DNA from: an uncultured Actinomycetes bacterium | GTDB lineage: Bacteria > Actinomycetota > Thermoleophilia > RBG-16-64-13 | Reading direction: 5' to 3' | DNA: 64,000 bases | Assembly: GCA_963784835.1 (NCBI GenBank) | Contig: CAWASM010000005.1 | Location: 70,795 to 134,794 of the forward strand | Shown: positions 30,401 through 39,999 of the stretch, piece by piece | Position numbering within the stretch: position 1 is the first letter of the stretch | How the letters are laid out: each line of letters opens with the position of its first letter | The notes under the pieces: model-generated | Database searches by the model: none | Told to the model about the DNA's origin: nothing | What the model saw: only the letters and a program-made list of their open reading frames with translations | Position numbers and translations under genes: made by a program

Positions 30401-32249
30401 TCTAGCCGGCGCGGATCCCTCCGCCGCCACCGCCGCCGGAGAAGCCTCCGCCAAAACCACCGCCGGAAAAGCCTCCACCGCCAAACGACGCCATGGCTCG
30501 CCCGAACTGCTCGAAGGAGCCGAGGTCAGCACGTTGGAGATGTTGCCCAGGCTGCTGAACAGGCTGTTGGAGATAGAGTCAAGGCTGAAACCGCCCCCGC
30601 CACCCGACCCCGCTGGGAAGACCGCCTCCCAGGCCGCCGCCGATAGGCCCGGTGCCAGGCGAACCCCAGACGATCACGGGCGGGTGATACCAGTCGGGTG
30701 CGGGCACGGTAAGCTCCTCAAAGCGCTGGGTCCAGTGCTTCTCCACCCCGAAGGCGATGGCATACGGCAGGTACTTCTCGAACTTCTCCTTGGCCGCTTC
30801 CATGTCGGTGAAGCGGGTGAGGTCCTGCAGATAGTTGCGGAAGGCTTCCCACTTCTTCTGCTCCTGCGCCCCTTTGGCGGTGCGTTGAGGCATGCGGCTG
30901 GCGAACGCCCACACGATGATGGCCGAGATGATCGCCGCTGCGAAGAAGAAGCCCCAACCGGAGATGTTGGCTGCTCTCAGCACGAACGTCATCACGCCCA
31001 GCACTGACGCGCCACCAGAAAGCCGTACCCCACCCAGCGCTTGCGCGCCTTGTTGGGATTCTTGTAGAACAGGCCCCCCGTGGCCACCGCTGTATAGATC
31101 TCGGCTCACGATAGGTGCAACTTTGGTGTAGAAATGGTTCTTGAGCTGAACGGTGGTCACCTCATCGCTCCGAACCGAGTCGAAGAGCGACTCCGCTGTC
31201 TTCTTCTCGAACCCTTCCAGATCGTCGAAGGACTTCTTCCGAGTGAACGTGGTAAGTGGCTTCTTGAGGATGTCCTTCTTCCTGCGTGTCGGTAATCTCG
31301 ATATAGCCGCGCCGGGCCAGGTCGACGATGGTGGCGATCACCTCTTTGGTGTCCACTCTCTCGTCGATGAGCGCTCCCACCAGACCCGGAGAGAGATCGG
31401 AGGGCGGCTCGCTCACATACTTGGCGTAGGTCGCCCCCGGTTGGTCGCGTCCGCGCCTGAACCAGATGAGAAACATCGTCAGAAAGACCAGGATCGGAAG
31501 GGCAAACCCGACCTTGGGAGTGATGTAGTTGAAGCAACGCGCCGCGCAGTCCACACGATACTTGACCACGCCCTTCGGAAAGCCGGTGACGGTCCAGAAG
31601 CTGGTGAAGGAGGGGATGTCCGTGGCTTCGTAGACCATGGTGGAGGCGCGGGTGAGGACGCGGTCCACTGTACGCCGTAGCCCGCCTGGACCGCCGCGGC
31701 AATGTCCTCCGGCGGCGACCGAGCCCGGCAGCTTGACCGTGGCTTTCACTGCCCCGATGGCCACGGGCGTTTCCGCATCGAACACGTACCACCGCGAGCT
31801 CGTCGCCCGCGTCGCAGAACATAGACCGCCTGCTTGGCCCGATAGTGGAAAGTCCAGGTGGCCGACGTGTCGGTGAGGTCGAAGTTGACCTGGATGTACT
31901 CTGGTCGCCTTCCTTGTATGTGCTGAAAGTGCCTGGGTCGTGTCGTTCTCCGGCAGGACAGCTGCCGGCTCGCGTCCTGGACCGTCGATGTCGGCGATGC
32001 CGTCTAGTTTGCCGTGGGGATGTTGCGCGCGACGAAATGGTAGTTGCCCTCGAAAGTCGAAGGTCGACGGTCTCGTCCACCAGGACGTCGCCGTTCTGCT
32101 GCACGTCCAGAACGACGTCCAAGTTGCTGATCCGCCAGTCCTTGGCCTGCGCGGACGCCGCCGGCCCCACCGAGTAGCACCAACAGCGCGCAGGCGACCA
32201 GCAGAAGCGCGAGTCCCCACAGGCGGCCGTTGTATCTGCCGACGGTCAT
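30401..32249 (-). pseudogene. DUF2207-family membrane protein; many (at least 8) frame breaks
   Basis: Recognisable pieces are the signal RLWGLALLLVACALLVLLGG and the N-terminal domain WRISNLDVVLDVQQNGDVLVDETVD / FEGNYHFVARNIPTAN. Further pieces are TM/cytosolic YAKYVSEPPSDLSPGLVGALIDERVDTKEVIATIVDLARRGYIEI and KKWEAFRNYLQDLTRFTDMEAAKEKFEKYLPYAIAFGVEKHW. The Gly-rich tail FGGGGFSGGGFGGGFSGGGGGGG* completes the set. All of these are scattered over three frames. Confidence 0.75.
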
Positions 32250-33413
32250 TTCTTCTGGTCCTCGGTGTCGGCGTCCGCGGCATCTGCCTTGGCGGGAGCC
32301 TCAGCCGGAGCCTCAGCGGGAGCGGCCGCGGGCGCTGCGGCCGCCGCTGCCGGCGCGCCCATCTGCTGACCGCAGTTGGGGCAGAACTTCGAACCGGCGG
32401 GCAGAGTGGCCTTGCAGTTCGGGCAGGTCTCGGTGGCAGCCAGGTGCGTGCCGCATTGCGGGCAGAAAGTGCTGCCGAAGGGGATGTCGGCTTGCTGCAG
32501 TTGGGGCAGCGGACCTTGGGTTGCCTCCTCCGGCCATGGCCTGCTGCAGCATGCCCGGGATCATCATGCCCAGACCGGCGCCCGACGCCCAGGCCCAGCC
32601 CGGCAGTGGCAGCCGTGCCGATGTTGGTACCATCGGCTCCGCTGCCGCCTCCGCCGGCGCCTTTGGCCAGATCGCCGATGGCCTGTGCGGCCTTGTACTG
32701 GAAGTAGCGGTCCATGCCGCCCACGGCCTCCATGCCCGAGCGCTCGTCGATGCGCTTCTGCACATCTTCGGGAGGCGAGATGGCGTTGATGATGAAGTCA
32801 ACCATCGCCAAGCCGTATTGGGCGAAGTCATCCTTGATACGGGCCTTGAGACCGGCGCCCAACTCATCGAAGTAGCGCGGAAGGTCGAGCACCGACTCCA
32901 GGCTCTCGCCCAGGATGTCGGCCAGACGGCCTATGATGATCCCGCTGAGAAAGTCCTCGATCTGGCTGTTGGTGAAGATGCCCCGGGTGCCCACGATCTT
33001 GACCACGAACAGCTTGGGATCGGTGATCTGGAAGGTGTAGATCCCGTTTGAGCGCAGCCGGATCATCTTGAACTCGGTGTCGCGGAAGAGGATCGGCTCG
33101 GTCGTGCCCCACTTGAGGTCGGTGAAGGTCCGCCGGCTGACGAAATACGACCTCGGCACTTGAAGGGCGAATCGCCGAACAGAGGGTTTCGTGAGGAGGT
33201 GGTCAGCAGGGGGATGTTGAGCGTGGTGAGGGTGTGCCGGCCCGGCCCGAAGACGTCGTAGGCTTTGCCATCCCGGAAGAAGACGGCCCACTGGCTCTCG
33301 CGTACGATCAACTGTGAGCCGATCTTGAACTCGCCCGAGCCCTGCTCAGGGATGCGGTGGACCATCTCCTCGCCTTCTTCGTCAACGAACTCGATGAGAT
33401 TCATAAGGGCCAT
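32246..33413 (-). pseudogene. SPFH/band-7 protein of the YdjI (COG4260) type with C-terminal double zinc ribbon; at least three frame breaks
   Basis: The N-terminus reads LIEFVDEEGEEMVHRIPEQGSGEFKIGSQLIVRESQWAVFFRDGKAYDVFGPGRHTLTTLNIPLL. It continues FVSRRTFTDLKWGTTEPILFRD...PPEDVQKRIDERSGMEAVG. The C-terminus reads CPNC..FCPQCGTHLAATETCPNCKATLPAGSKFCPNCG. ATGA overlap with the DUF2207 start. Confidence 0.75.
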
Positions 33414-33416
33414 CGG

Positions 33417-33932
33417 TTACCTCCCGGCTCCGGTGATGAGATGTTCTCGCTCGGTGAACCGAGCATCCAAGGCTTCGATACGCTCGGACAGCAGGTTGAT
33501 GTCGGCTCGAAGAGAGGGGCTGGCCGCGGAAAGCGCGGTAGCCAGCTCCACGATGCTGCCGGCGTCGGTCTCCAGCGATCTGTCGAACGCGTAGAGCTCA
33601 TCGAGCTTCTGCTCGCCCACCTTGACAGGGTCGAACATGCCGGCGTAGCCGTAGTCGGCGAACTGCACCCTGTCTGCCGCCGTGCGCAGCTTGCGCATGA
33701 CCACGTCGATCTCGCCGAGCGCGTCCAGGTTACCGGCCTTGACCAGGTCGAGCTTGACGTCGTCCAGCTTGCCCAGGCAGGTGTCAAGCCGCTCGGCCAC
33801 GTAGACCCGTTCGATCTTGTCGGTCTCGCGGCGGATCTCCTTCTTCTTGTATCCGCGGATGCCGGGGACCTTCTCAGCAAACCGTTCCCACCAGTTCTTG
33901 CTCTCTTCCACCCGCTCGTCGATGCCCGCCAT
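33417..33932 (-). CDS. Hypothetical 171-aa helical (coiled-coil-like) protein
   Basis: Intact ORF with a charged heptad-like sequence and no recognisable motif. The stop lies 3 nt before the SPFH start. Confidence 0.6.
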   Translation of the reverse strand: MAGIDERVEESKNWWERFAEKVPGIRGYKKKEIRRETDKIERVYVAERLDTCLGKLDDVKLDLVKAGNLDALGEIDVVMRKLRTAADRVQFADYGYAGMFDPVKVGEQKLDELYAFDRSLETDAGSIVELATALSAASPSLRADINLLSERIEALDARFTEREHLITGAGR

Positions 33933-33983
33933 GGTCTCCCCTTTCCGCTTTTTCCCGCGCCACCCCTGCGGATGCGTCGCGCT

Positions 33984-34655
33984 CTACGCTACCAGACCGT
34001 CGAACTCCCGCAGCAGCAATCTCCAACTAGATTCATGGATATACCTTGGATCCCACACCGCGGGGATCAGGATCAGTTCCTCGCCCAAGGTCTGCAACTC
34101 GTAGTCCACTGAGCGCAGGTCGCGGTTCTCGTGTGACTCCACAGCGAGGTAGACGAAGTGCGCCAACACCCGGGCATCCTTCCTCCCGGTCACCACCGGA
34201 GAGAGGGTGCCGAAATCAGGGGCGCCCCCCGCGCCTGCCTCCGGACGGGCGGCGGCCTCGACAAGAGCGGGCCGCTGAGCCGTGTGTTCTGGAGGACCCG
34301 CAGTCAGCTCGAGGTCCGGCTGGGTCTCGGTCAGCCTTACCCCCAGCCGTTGGACCACTGGGCGCACCAGGCTGAAGGCCGGGACGTACAGATAGGGGGA
34401 CCCCGGGGCGACGACCTTGCTGATACGTTCCCAGGCGCTGCCCGGAGACGCCGAGATGGACACGGCAAGACGCCATGTCGCCAGATACTGCACCTGCCCG
34501 GCTACTGCCAGCTCCGTGGTAGCCGTGGCGGTGAGTGGGGATGACGAGGCGAGACCTTCTTCGCACGGCTCATAGGCAAGCCCGCAGGCCGGGCACAGGA
34601 AGAGGGCGGCGTCATCGCCTCCCTGAAGAGCCGCACCGCAGTTGGTACAAAGCAA
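33984..34655 (-). CDS. Hypothetical zinc-ribbon protein
   Basis: N-terminal CTNCGAAL..LCPACG ribbon. Intact 223-aa ORF in operon register. Confidence 0.6.
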   Translation of the reverse strand: MLCTNCGAALQGGDDAALFLCPACGLAYEPCEEGLASSSPLTATATTELAVAGQVQYLATWRLAVSISASPGSAWERISKVVAPGSPYLYVPAFSLVRPVVQRLGVRLTETQPDLELTAGPPEHTAQRPALVEAAARPEAGAGGAPDFGTLSPVVTGRKDARVLAHFVYLAVESHENRDLRSVDYELQTLGEELILIPAVWDPRYIHESSWRLLLREFDGLVA

Positions 34656-34665
34656 CGGAACGAGG

Positions 34666-35145
34666 TCAGCCGGAGAAAGGTTCGTGGTACTCGACCTCCT
34701 TCTCCGCTCGGAATTGCCTGCCCAGGTACACAGCCAACGCAGACACTATCACGGCTGCGGCCACCGATGCCCCTCGCCCGGAGACTCGGGTGACCGCAAG
34801 GTAGACGAGCACAGCCGCGGCCAGTGCGAGGACGCCCAACCGGCCCGCCTGTACCGCGATCTGGCCGCTCCGATCGGCCGGGGCCCTCCCCGCGTTCACA
34901 GTCCCATCCCGGCCGTCCACGACAATATGGCAGGAACGGCCGCTCGTCTCATATCGCACCAGCCACAACGGGTAGTAGAGCAGGGACGAGGACTCGCGGA
35001 ACGTGAACAAGTGGTCGTCGGGAGTCAGCGCTCCCGAGAGGGGCTGCAGCGCCGCCCGTCTGCCTCTCTCGGCGACCTCGCCGGCCTTCCCTTCCGCCCC
35101 AAGGACCGTGATACCGGGTTCCAGCTCCCCGGCCAAAAGGGGCAC
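34666..35145 (-). CDS. Hypothetical protein with two C-terminal TM helices (possibly the frame-shifted C-terminal half of the upstream zinc-ribbon gene)
   Basis: LLYYPLWLVRYETSGRSCHIVVDGRDGTV is followed by two hydrophobic helices. The same frame stays open upstream past the stop of gene 35174-35812. Confidence 0.5.
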   Translation of the reverse strand: MPLLAGELEPGITVLGAEGKAGEVAERGRRAALQPLSGALTPDDHLFTFRESSSLLYYPLWLVRYETSGRSCHIVVDGRDGTVNAGRAPADRSGQIAVQAGRLGVLALAAAVLVYLAVTRVSGRGASVAAAVIVSALAVYLGRQFRAEKEVEYHEPFSG

Positions 35146-35173
35146 GAGGAGCTCCCGGCCTGTGACCAGAGGT

Positions 35174-35812
35174 CTACGTCGCCCCGAGATCTGCGAAATC
35201 GGTCGCCGCCTGGTAGAAGCGCCGCTCCTGAAGCCGCGGCTCCCTGACCCGCTCCTTCACCACCTGCAGCTCCAGATGGTCTCCCCCCGCTTCATCGGTC
35301 GGATCGTGGACGAGTTCGTTCTGGGTCCGCAGCTTGTAGCCGAACTCCCAGCCCGCTGTCAGCGCTCGGTGCTCCCAAATGGGGGCGTAGACAAGGCGGG
35401 CATCCACAAAACGGGCTGCCCGGGAAGGTTTCGCAATGCCGGGAAAATCTCGAAGCCAAGCCGCGCCCGCGCCCGCGGCCTCGAGGCGGTCGACTCGGGC
35501 GGGGAAGTACCAACGCGAGAACCCTCCCGTCTCATTGACCACGACTCTCACGCCGCAGTGACCGCAGACCAAGATCCGCCTGCCCTGCCGGGCATTGAGT
35601 GGCCCCGCGCACTGGGAGCATTGCACCGAGCGGAGGGTCTGCTCCTCCGGAGTTCGCTCCCCCCGGCTCCCCGGCTCGAGCACCTGCTCTCGGGCCAAGG
35701 TGGAGCCGCAGCAAGTGCACACTAGAACATCGGCATACTCCGGAAGGAGCACAGGAGCCCCGCACTGGGGGCAGAACGCCTCGGAGGTCGTGTTGGCGGC
35801 CCTACCTGTCAT
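35174..35812 (-). CDS. Hypothetical protein with two zinc ribbons
   Basis: Ribbons CPQCGAPV..VCTCCG and CSQCAGPL..VCGHCG. Start trimmed to MTGRAAN (35812), downstream of the baeRF stop at 35823. Confidence 0.55.
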   Translation of the reverse strand: MTGRAANTTSEAFCPQCGAPVLLPEYADVLVCTCCGSTLAREQVLEPGSRGERTPEEQTLRSVQCSQCAGPLNARQGRRILVCGHCGVRVVVNETGGFSRWYFPARVDRLEAAGAGAAWLRDFPGIAKPSRAARFVDARLVYAPIWEHRALTAGWEFGYKLRTQNELVHDPTDEAGGDHLELQVVKERVREPRLQERRFYQAATDFADLGAT

Positions 35813-35822
35813 CCGACAGATT

Positions 35823-36968
35823 CTACGCGTAACGCAGCAGACCCGCCACGCCTCCCAAGTCGTCCAGCACGGGGATGTTCTCGCCAACCTCCACCCGGCC
35901 GTTATGCAGGATGGTAAGCCGCACTATCTCCCCTATCACGTCCGACACGGGCACGGGCTCGCCGCCACAGACCGGGCAGCTCGCCACCGCGATCAGGCCG
36001 GCCTGATCGCACAACCCACATCGCCACCCCGGCAGCCGGCGGTTGCGATCGACTAGCAGCGTCTGCAACTGCCCCCGGCCGACTGCAGCCATCACGTCGT
36101 CGAAACCGGAGACGCCGCGACCGCCTCCGCCGAGCCCTTCTCGGATGCGGCCGGCAAGCGCCGCCATCTCCTCATGGCGGGCCCGCTCTACCGCCGCGCG
36201 TGCGCTCACCACCATCTGACCGGTCGAGGCCGCTGCATCAATGGGTATCTCCGCCACGACTTTGGCGGCCACCGCGGCCGGCAAGGCCCGCCGGAACCCG
36301 CTGGCGATATCGTGCTGCGCGCAGAGCGCGACCCGGGGGACACCAGTGGTCTCCAGGAGCCGGGCCGAACGCCGTGGCCACCTCTTTGAAATGCAGTTCC
36401 ACCAGGGCGTCCTGGCGCGCGGCCGCGTAGTACTCCTTGATGGACACCTCGCCCGTCTCGCGGTCGCTGCTCCGCAGCCAGGGACCGGAAAGGTCGTCTT
36501 CGCTGGCGACGCCCCACTCGTCCACGACTAACAAGCTGGACTCATCACGGCTCACTTTGGCGATGAGGAAGGGCTCGAGCAATGAGAGAGCGTGGGCTAC
36601 CGGTCGGACATGGGGGAAGGCTCGAGCACCAGCCGGTTCACCAGCCGCAACGGCAACTCGATGCGCTCACGAAAATCCCCCTCCCCGTCGACGAACACGG
36701 CCAGACCCTGAGTCTGCGGGGTCACATCGTACTCAAGCACTTCGAGGACGTAGTCGAGGTCGGCCTGAAGCAGGCGCTTCTTCTCCTTGGTGATGCCGTG
36801 CTCCTTGGTCACCCGGTTGAACTCGCCGTGGAGGAAGGCCGGAGCGACCTGCCGCCAGTCGTCCAGACGGCTGGTAGAAAGAGTGACCGACAGAAACAGG
36901 CCTCCCGCCGCCTTCGCCCCGGCCAGCATCTTCAGCTTCTCACCAGCCGCCGCCACGCTGTCTATCAC
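35823..36968 (-). CDS. Bacterial eRF1/Pelota-like (baeRF-type) protein with zinc-ribbon insert; two frame breaks (about 36590 and 36270)
   Basis: Three colinear ORF pieces (36597-36968, 36238-36582, 35823-36284). The C-terminal part GVSGFDDVMAAVGRGQLQTLLV...IVRLTILHNGRVEV resembles eRF1 domain 3, and CGLCDQ..CPVCGG is inserted in it. Confidence 0.6.
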
Positions 36969-37267
36969 GACGCGCCGCCCTCACGCGGAGCCTCAGCTTC
37001 CGCCGTGTCGCCTACCTCCGCGGTGCCCTCCACAGCATGCTCGGCAGGATGCTCCACACCGTGAGCGGCCTCCCGGTCGCGCAGCGTCTGCTCCGTCCGC
37101 CACCGCTGCTCGCGGTCGCGGAACCTGTCCACCAGAGCGGACTTACCTTTGTCGTGTGTAGCATCGGTCATGTCCATGGTGCCCGGGTCCGAGAGTGCTG
37201 CCTTCATCTTCTGAGTGGGCGTGCGAGGACGTTCTCTGCCGGAGCGTTCGACCTTCTTGTCGGCCAT
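36965..37267 (-). CDS. Hypothetical small charged protein (100 aa)
   Basis: AAGGGG lies about 7 nt upstream of the ATG. The stop overlaps the baeRF GTG start (GTGA). No recognisable motif. Confidence 0.4.
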   Translation of the reverse strand: MADKKVERSGRERPRTPTQKMKAALSDPGTMDMTDATHDKGKSALVDRFRDREQRWRTEQTLRDREAAHGVEHPAEHAVEGTAEVGDTAEAEAPREGGAS

Positions 37268-37350
37268 CTTGGCCCCTTTCGGTTCTTCGGAGGTGCGGCC
37301 TTTGGTCGCCGGGCGTGTGCTTGTCTACTACCCATGGTTGGCGGCGATGT

Positions 37351-37390
37351 AACTCCCCTCCAGCGGCTCGAGGGGAGTTTGAGTTTTCCC
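37351..37390 (+). other. 10-bp GC-rich hairpin followed by a T-rich tract in the divergent intergenic region (terminator/attenuator-like)
   Basis: aactcccctc-cagcggctc-gaggggagtt followed by tgagttttccc. Confidence 0.35.
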
Positions 37391-37449
37391 TCGCCTATGC
37401 ATATTGTGGATGCTGACAAGTGCCTAATCGCTGGGAGGAGCTTCCTCTG

Positions 37450-39960
37450 ATGAAGACTACGACAAGCTGGGTTCCTTCTACCTGGGCCGCAAGTACGATC
37501 TGTCCACAAAGAAGGTCGGTGGCCCCTCCTCTACGACTCAAAGGACCTGGTCACCCACGGCGGTGTGCGTGGGCATGACCGGCAGCGGCAAGACAGGTCT
37601 CTGCATGGGTCTGCTGGAAGAGGCCGCAATCGACGGGATCCCGGCCATCGTCATCGACCCCAAGGGCGACCTGGCCAACTGCTGCTCACCTTTCCCGAAC
37701 TGCGCGCCGAGGATTTCCGCCCCTGGGTCAGCGAAGATGAGGCCAGCAAGAAGGGCGTGTCCCCCGACGAGTTCGCCCAGCAGCAGGCCGAGACTTGGAA
37801 GAAGGGGCTGGCCGACTGGGGACAGGACGCCGGAACGGATCGCAGCGCCTGAAAGACGCGGCCGACTTCGCCATCTACACCCCGGGCTCGACCGCCGGCC
37901 TGCCGGTGAGCATCCTGAAGTCGTTCGCTGCACCCGCCACGGCGATCCGCGACGACGAGGAAGCGCTGCGCGACCGCATCGGCACCGCGGCCACGAGCCT
38001 CCTGGGCCTGGTGGGCATAGACGCCGACCCGGTCCAGAGCCGGGAGCACATCCTGCTCTCCAACCTGTTCGACACGGCCTGGTCGGCCGGTCAGGACCTC
38101 GACCTGGCCGCGCTCATCCAGCAGATCCAGACTCCGCCGTTCGCGAAGGTGGGCGTGCTCGACCTGGAATCGTTCTATCCGTCCAAGGAACCGATTCGGG
38201 CTGGCCATGCTCATCAACAATCTGCTGGCCGCGCCCGACCTTCCAGACCTGGCTGGAAGGCGAGCCGCTCGACATCGAGCGCATGCTGTACACCCGCGAT
38301 GGCAAGCCGCGGGTCTCCATCTTCTCCATCGCCCACCTCTCCGATGCCGAGCGCATGTTCTTCGTGTCGCTGCTGCTGAACGAGGTGCTGGGCTGGGTGC
38401 GGTCGCAGCCGGGCACGGGCAGCCTGCGGGCCATCCTCTACATGGACGAGATCTTCGGCTTCTTCCCGCCGGTGGCCGAACCGCCCTCCAAGAAGCCGCT
38501 CCTTACTCTGCTCAAGCAGGCGAGGGCCTTCGGGGTGGGAGTCCTCTTGGCTACTCAGAACCCGGTGGACCTGGACTACAAGGGCCTGGCCAACGCCGGC
38601 ACCTGGTTCATCGGCCGGCTGCAGACCGAGCGCGACAAGGACCGCCTGCTCGAGGGGCTGGAGGGCGTCGCCGCAGGCACCGAAGGCGAAGTTCGACCGG
38701 CGGCAAGATGGAAGAGATCCTGGCCGGTCTCGGCAAACGGGTGTTCCTCATGTACAACGTGCACGAGGACGCACCGGTGACCTTCCAGACCCGCTGGACC
38801 ATGTCGTACCTGGCGGGCCGGCCACCCGGACGCAGATCAAGACCCTCATGGACCCGCGCCGGCCGCGCGTGGATAAACAGGAGGCTGCGCCGGCGGCCGA
38901 GCCTGCGACGCCTGCGGCGCCCGCGCAGATCAGGCCGCCCGCCTCCGCCATCCCCGACGGGCCTCTACCGAGCGCCGTCGCGGCTGCGGCGGTCGCCGCA
39001 CCCTCAGCCGGCGCCACTGTCATCCCAGCCGAGATACCTCAGTACTACCTGCCGGTAAGAGGCGAGCTCCAGGCCGGGGGCCAGATGATCTATCAGTCTG
39101 GCGTCTTGGCGGCGGCCACCGTGGGTTTCGTGAGCACGGGAACCGGGGTCAGCACCTCCAACCGCATCCGGCGCTTCGTCGCTGCGCCTGAGAGCGCGCT
39201 CGCCATCGACTGGGAGAAGGCCACGGCTCTCGAGGCCACTCTGGAAGAACTTGACCGGCAGCCGCACTCCGGGGCCTCATTCGCCGATGTTCCTCCGGCT
39301 ATGGCCAAGGTCGCCTCGTACCGGTCGTGGGGCACGGACTTCTCCGACTGGGCCTTCCGCACTCAGACCATGGAGGTGTTCAAGAGCGCCACCTTCAAGG
39401 CGACCTCCAACCCGGGAGAGAGCGAGGAGGACTTCCGCGGCCGGCTCCAAGCCGCCGCCGATGACAAGAAGAAGACGGCGACCGAGGCGCTACAGAAGAA
39501 GTACGAGGCCAAGAAGGCCACGGTGGAGGGACAGGTGCTCAGGGCCGAGCAGAAAAAAGCCCGCGAAGCCGAGCAATCCCGCGGACGCAAGATGCAGACG
39601 GCCATCTCCTTCGGCGCCACCGTCCTCAGTGTCCTTGTGGGAAGTAAGAAGTTCGGTACCGGCACCCTAGGCCGGGCCACCACGACCATGCGCGACGTGG
39701 GCCGCAGCATCGACGAGGGCGGCGACGTCAAGCGGGCCGATGAGAACCTCAACGTCACCAAACAGAAGCTGGCCGACATGGAGACCGACCTCCAAGCGGA
39801 GATCGCCGCCCTCGAGGCCGGGCTGGATCCCAAGAGCGAAGCTCTGGAGAAGATGATCGTGCGGCCTCGCAAGAGCGACATCACCGTGGACGCTCTGGGC
39901 CTGGTCTGGATGCCCTATTGGAAGGACGCCTCCGGCGCGCTCACCGGGGCCTGGGGATAG
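37450..39960 (+). pseudogene. FtsK/HerA-superfamily P-loop ATPase resembling DUF853 (YjgR)/DUF87, with about 350-aa coiled-coil C-terminal extension; about 9 frame breaks, all before 38850
   Basis: GGGAGGAG precedes the ATG at 37450. Walker A is [10 protein letters not shown] followed by [11 protein letters not shown]. Walker B is [14 protein letters not shown] and the sensor region is [35 protein letters not shown]. The pieces alternate among all three frames, and the last 1.1 kb is intact. Confidence 0.75.
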
Positions 39961-39999
39961 TGCAAAGCGCTCGACACCGCATGACAGACGACAAGGAGA

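Noticed and set aside
31162-33291. 709-aa ORF that looks like one giant protein
   Set aside because: It is a read-through chimera. Only residues of the SPFH gene (about 33160-32560) and a middle piece of the DUF2207 gene are in their true frame. The rest is Arg/Pro-rich out-of-frame translation typical of GC-rich DNA.
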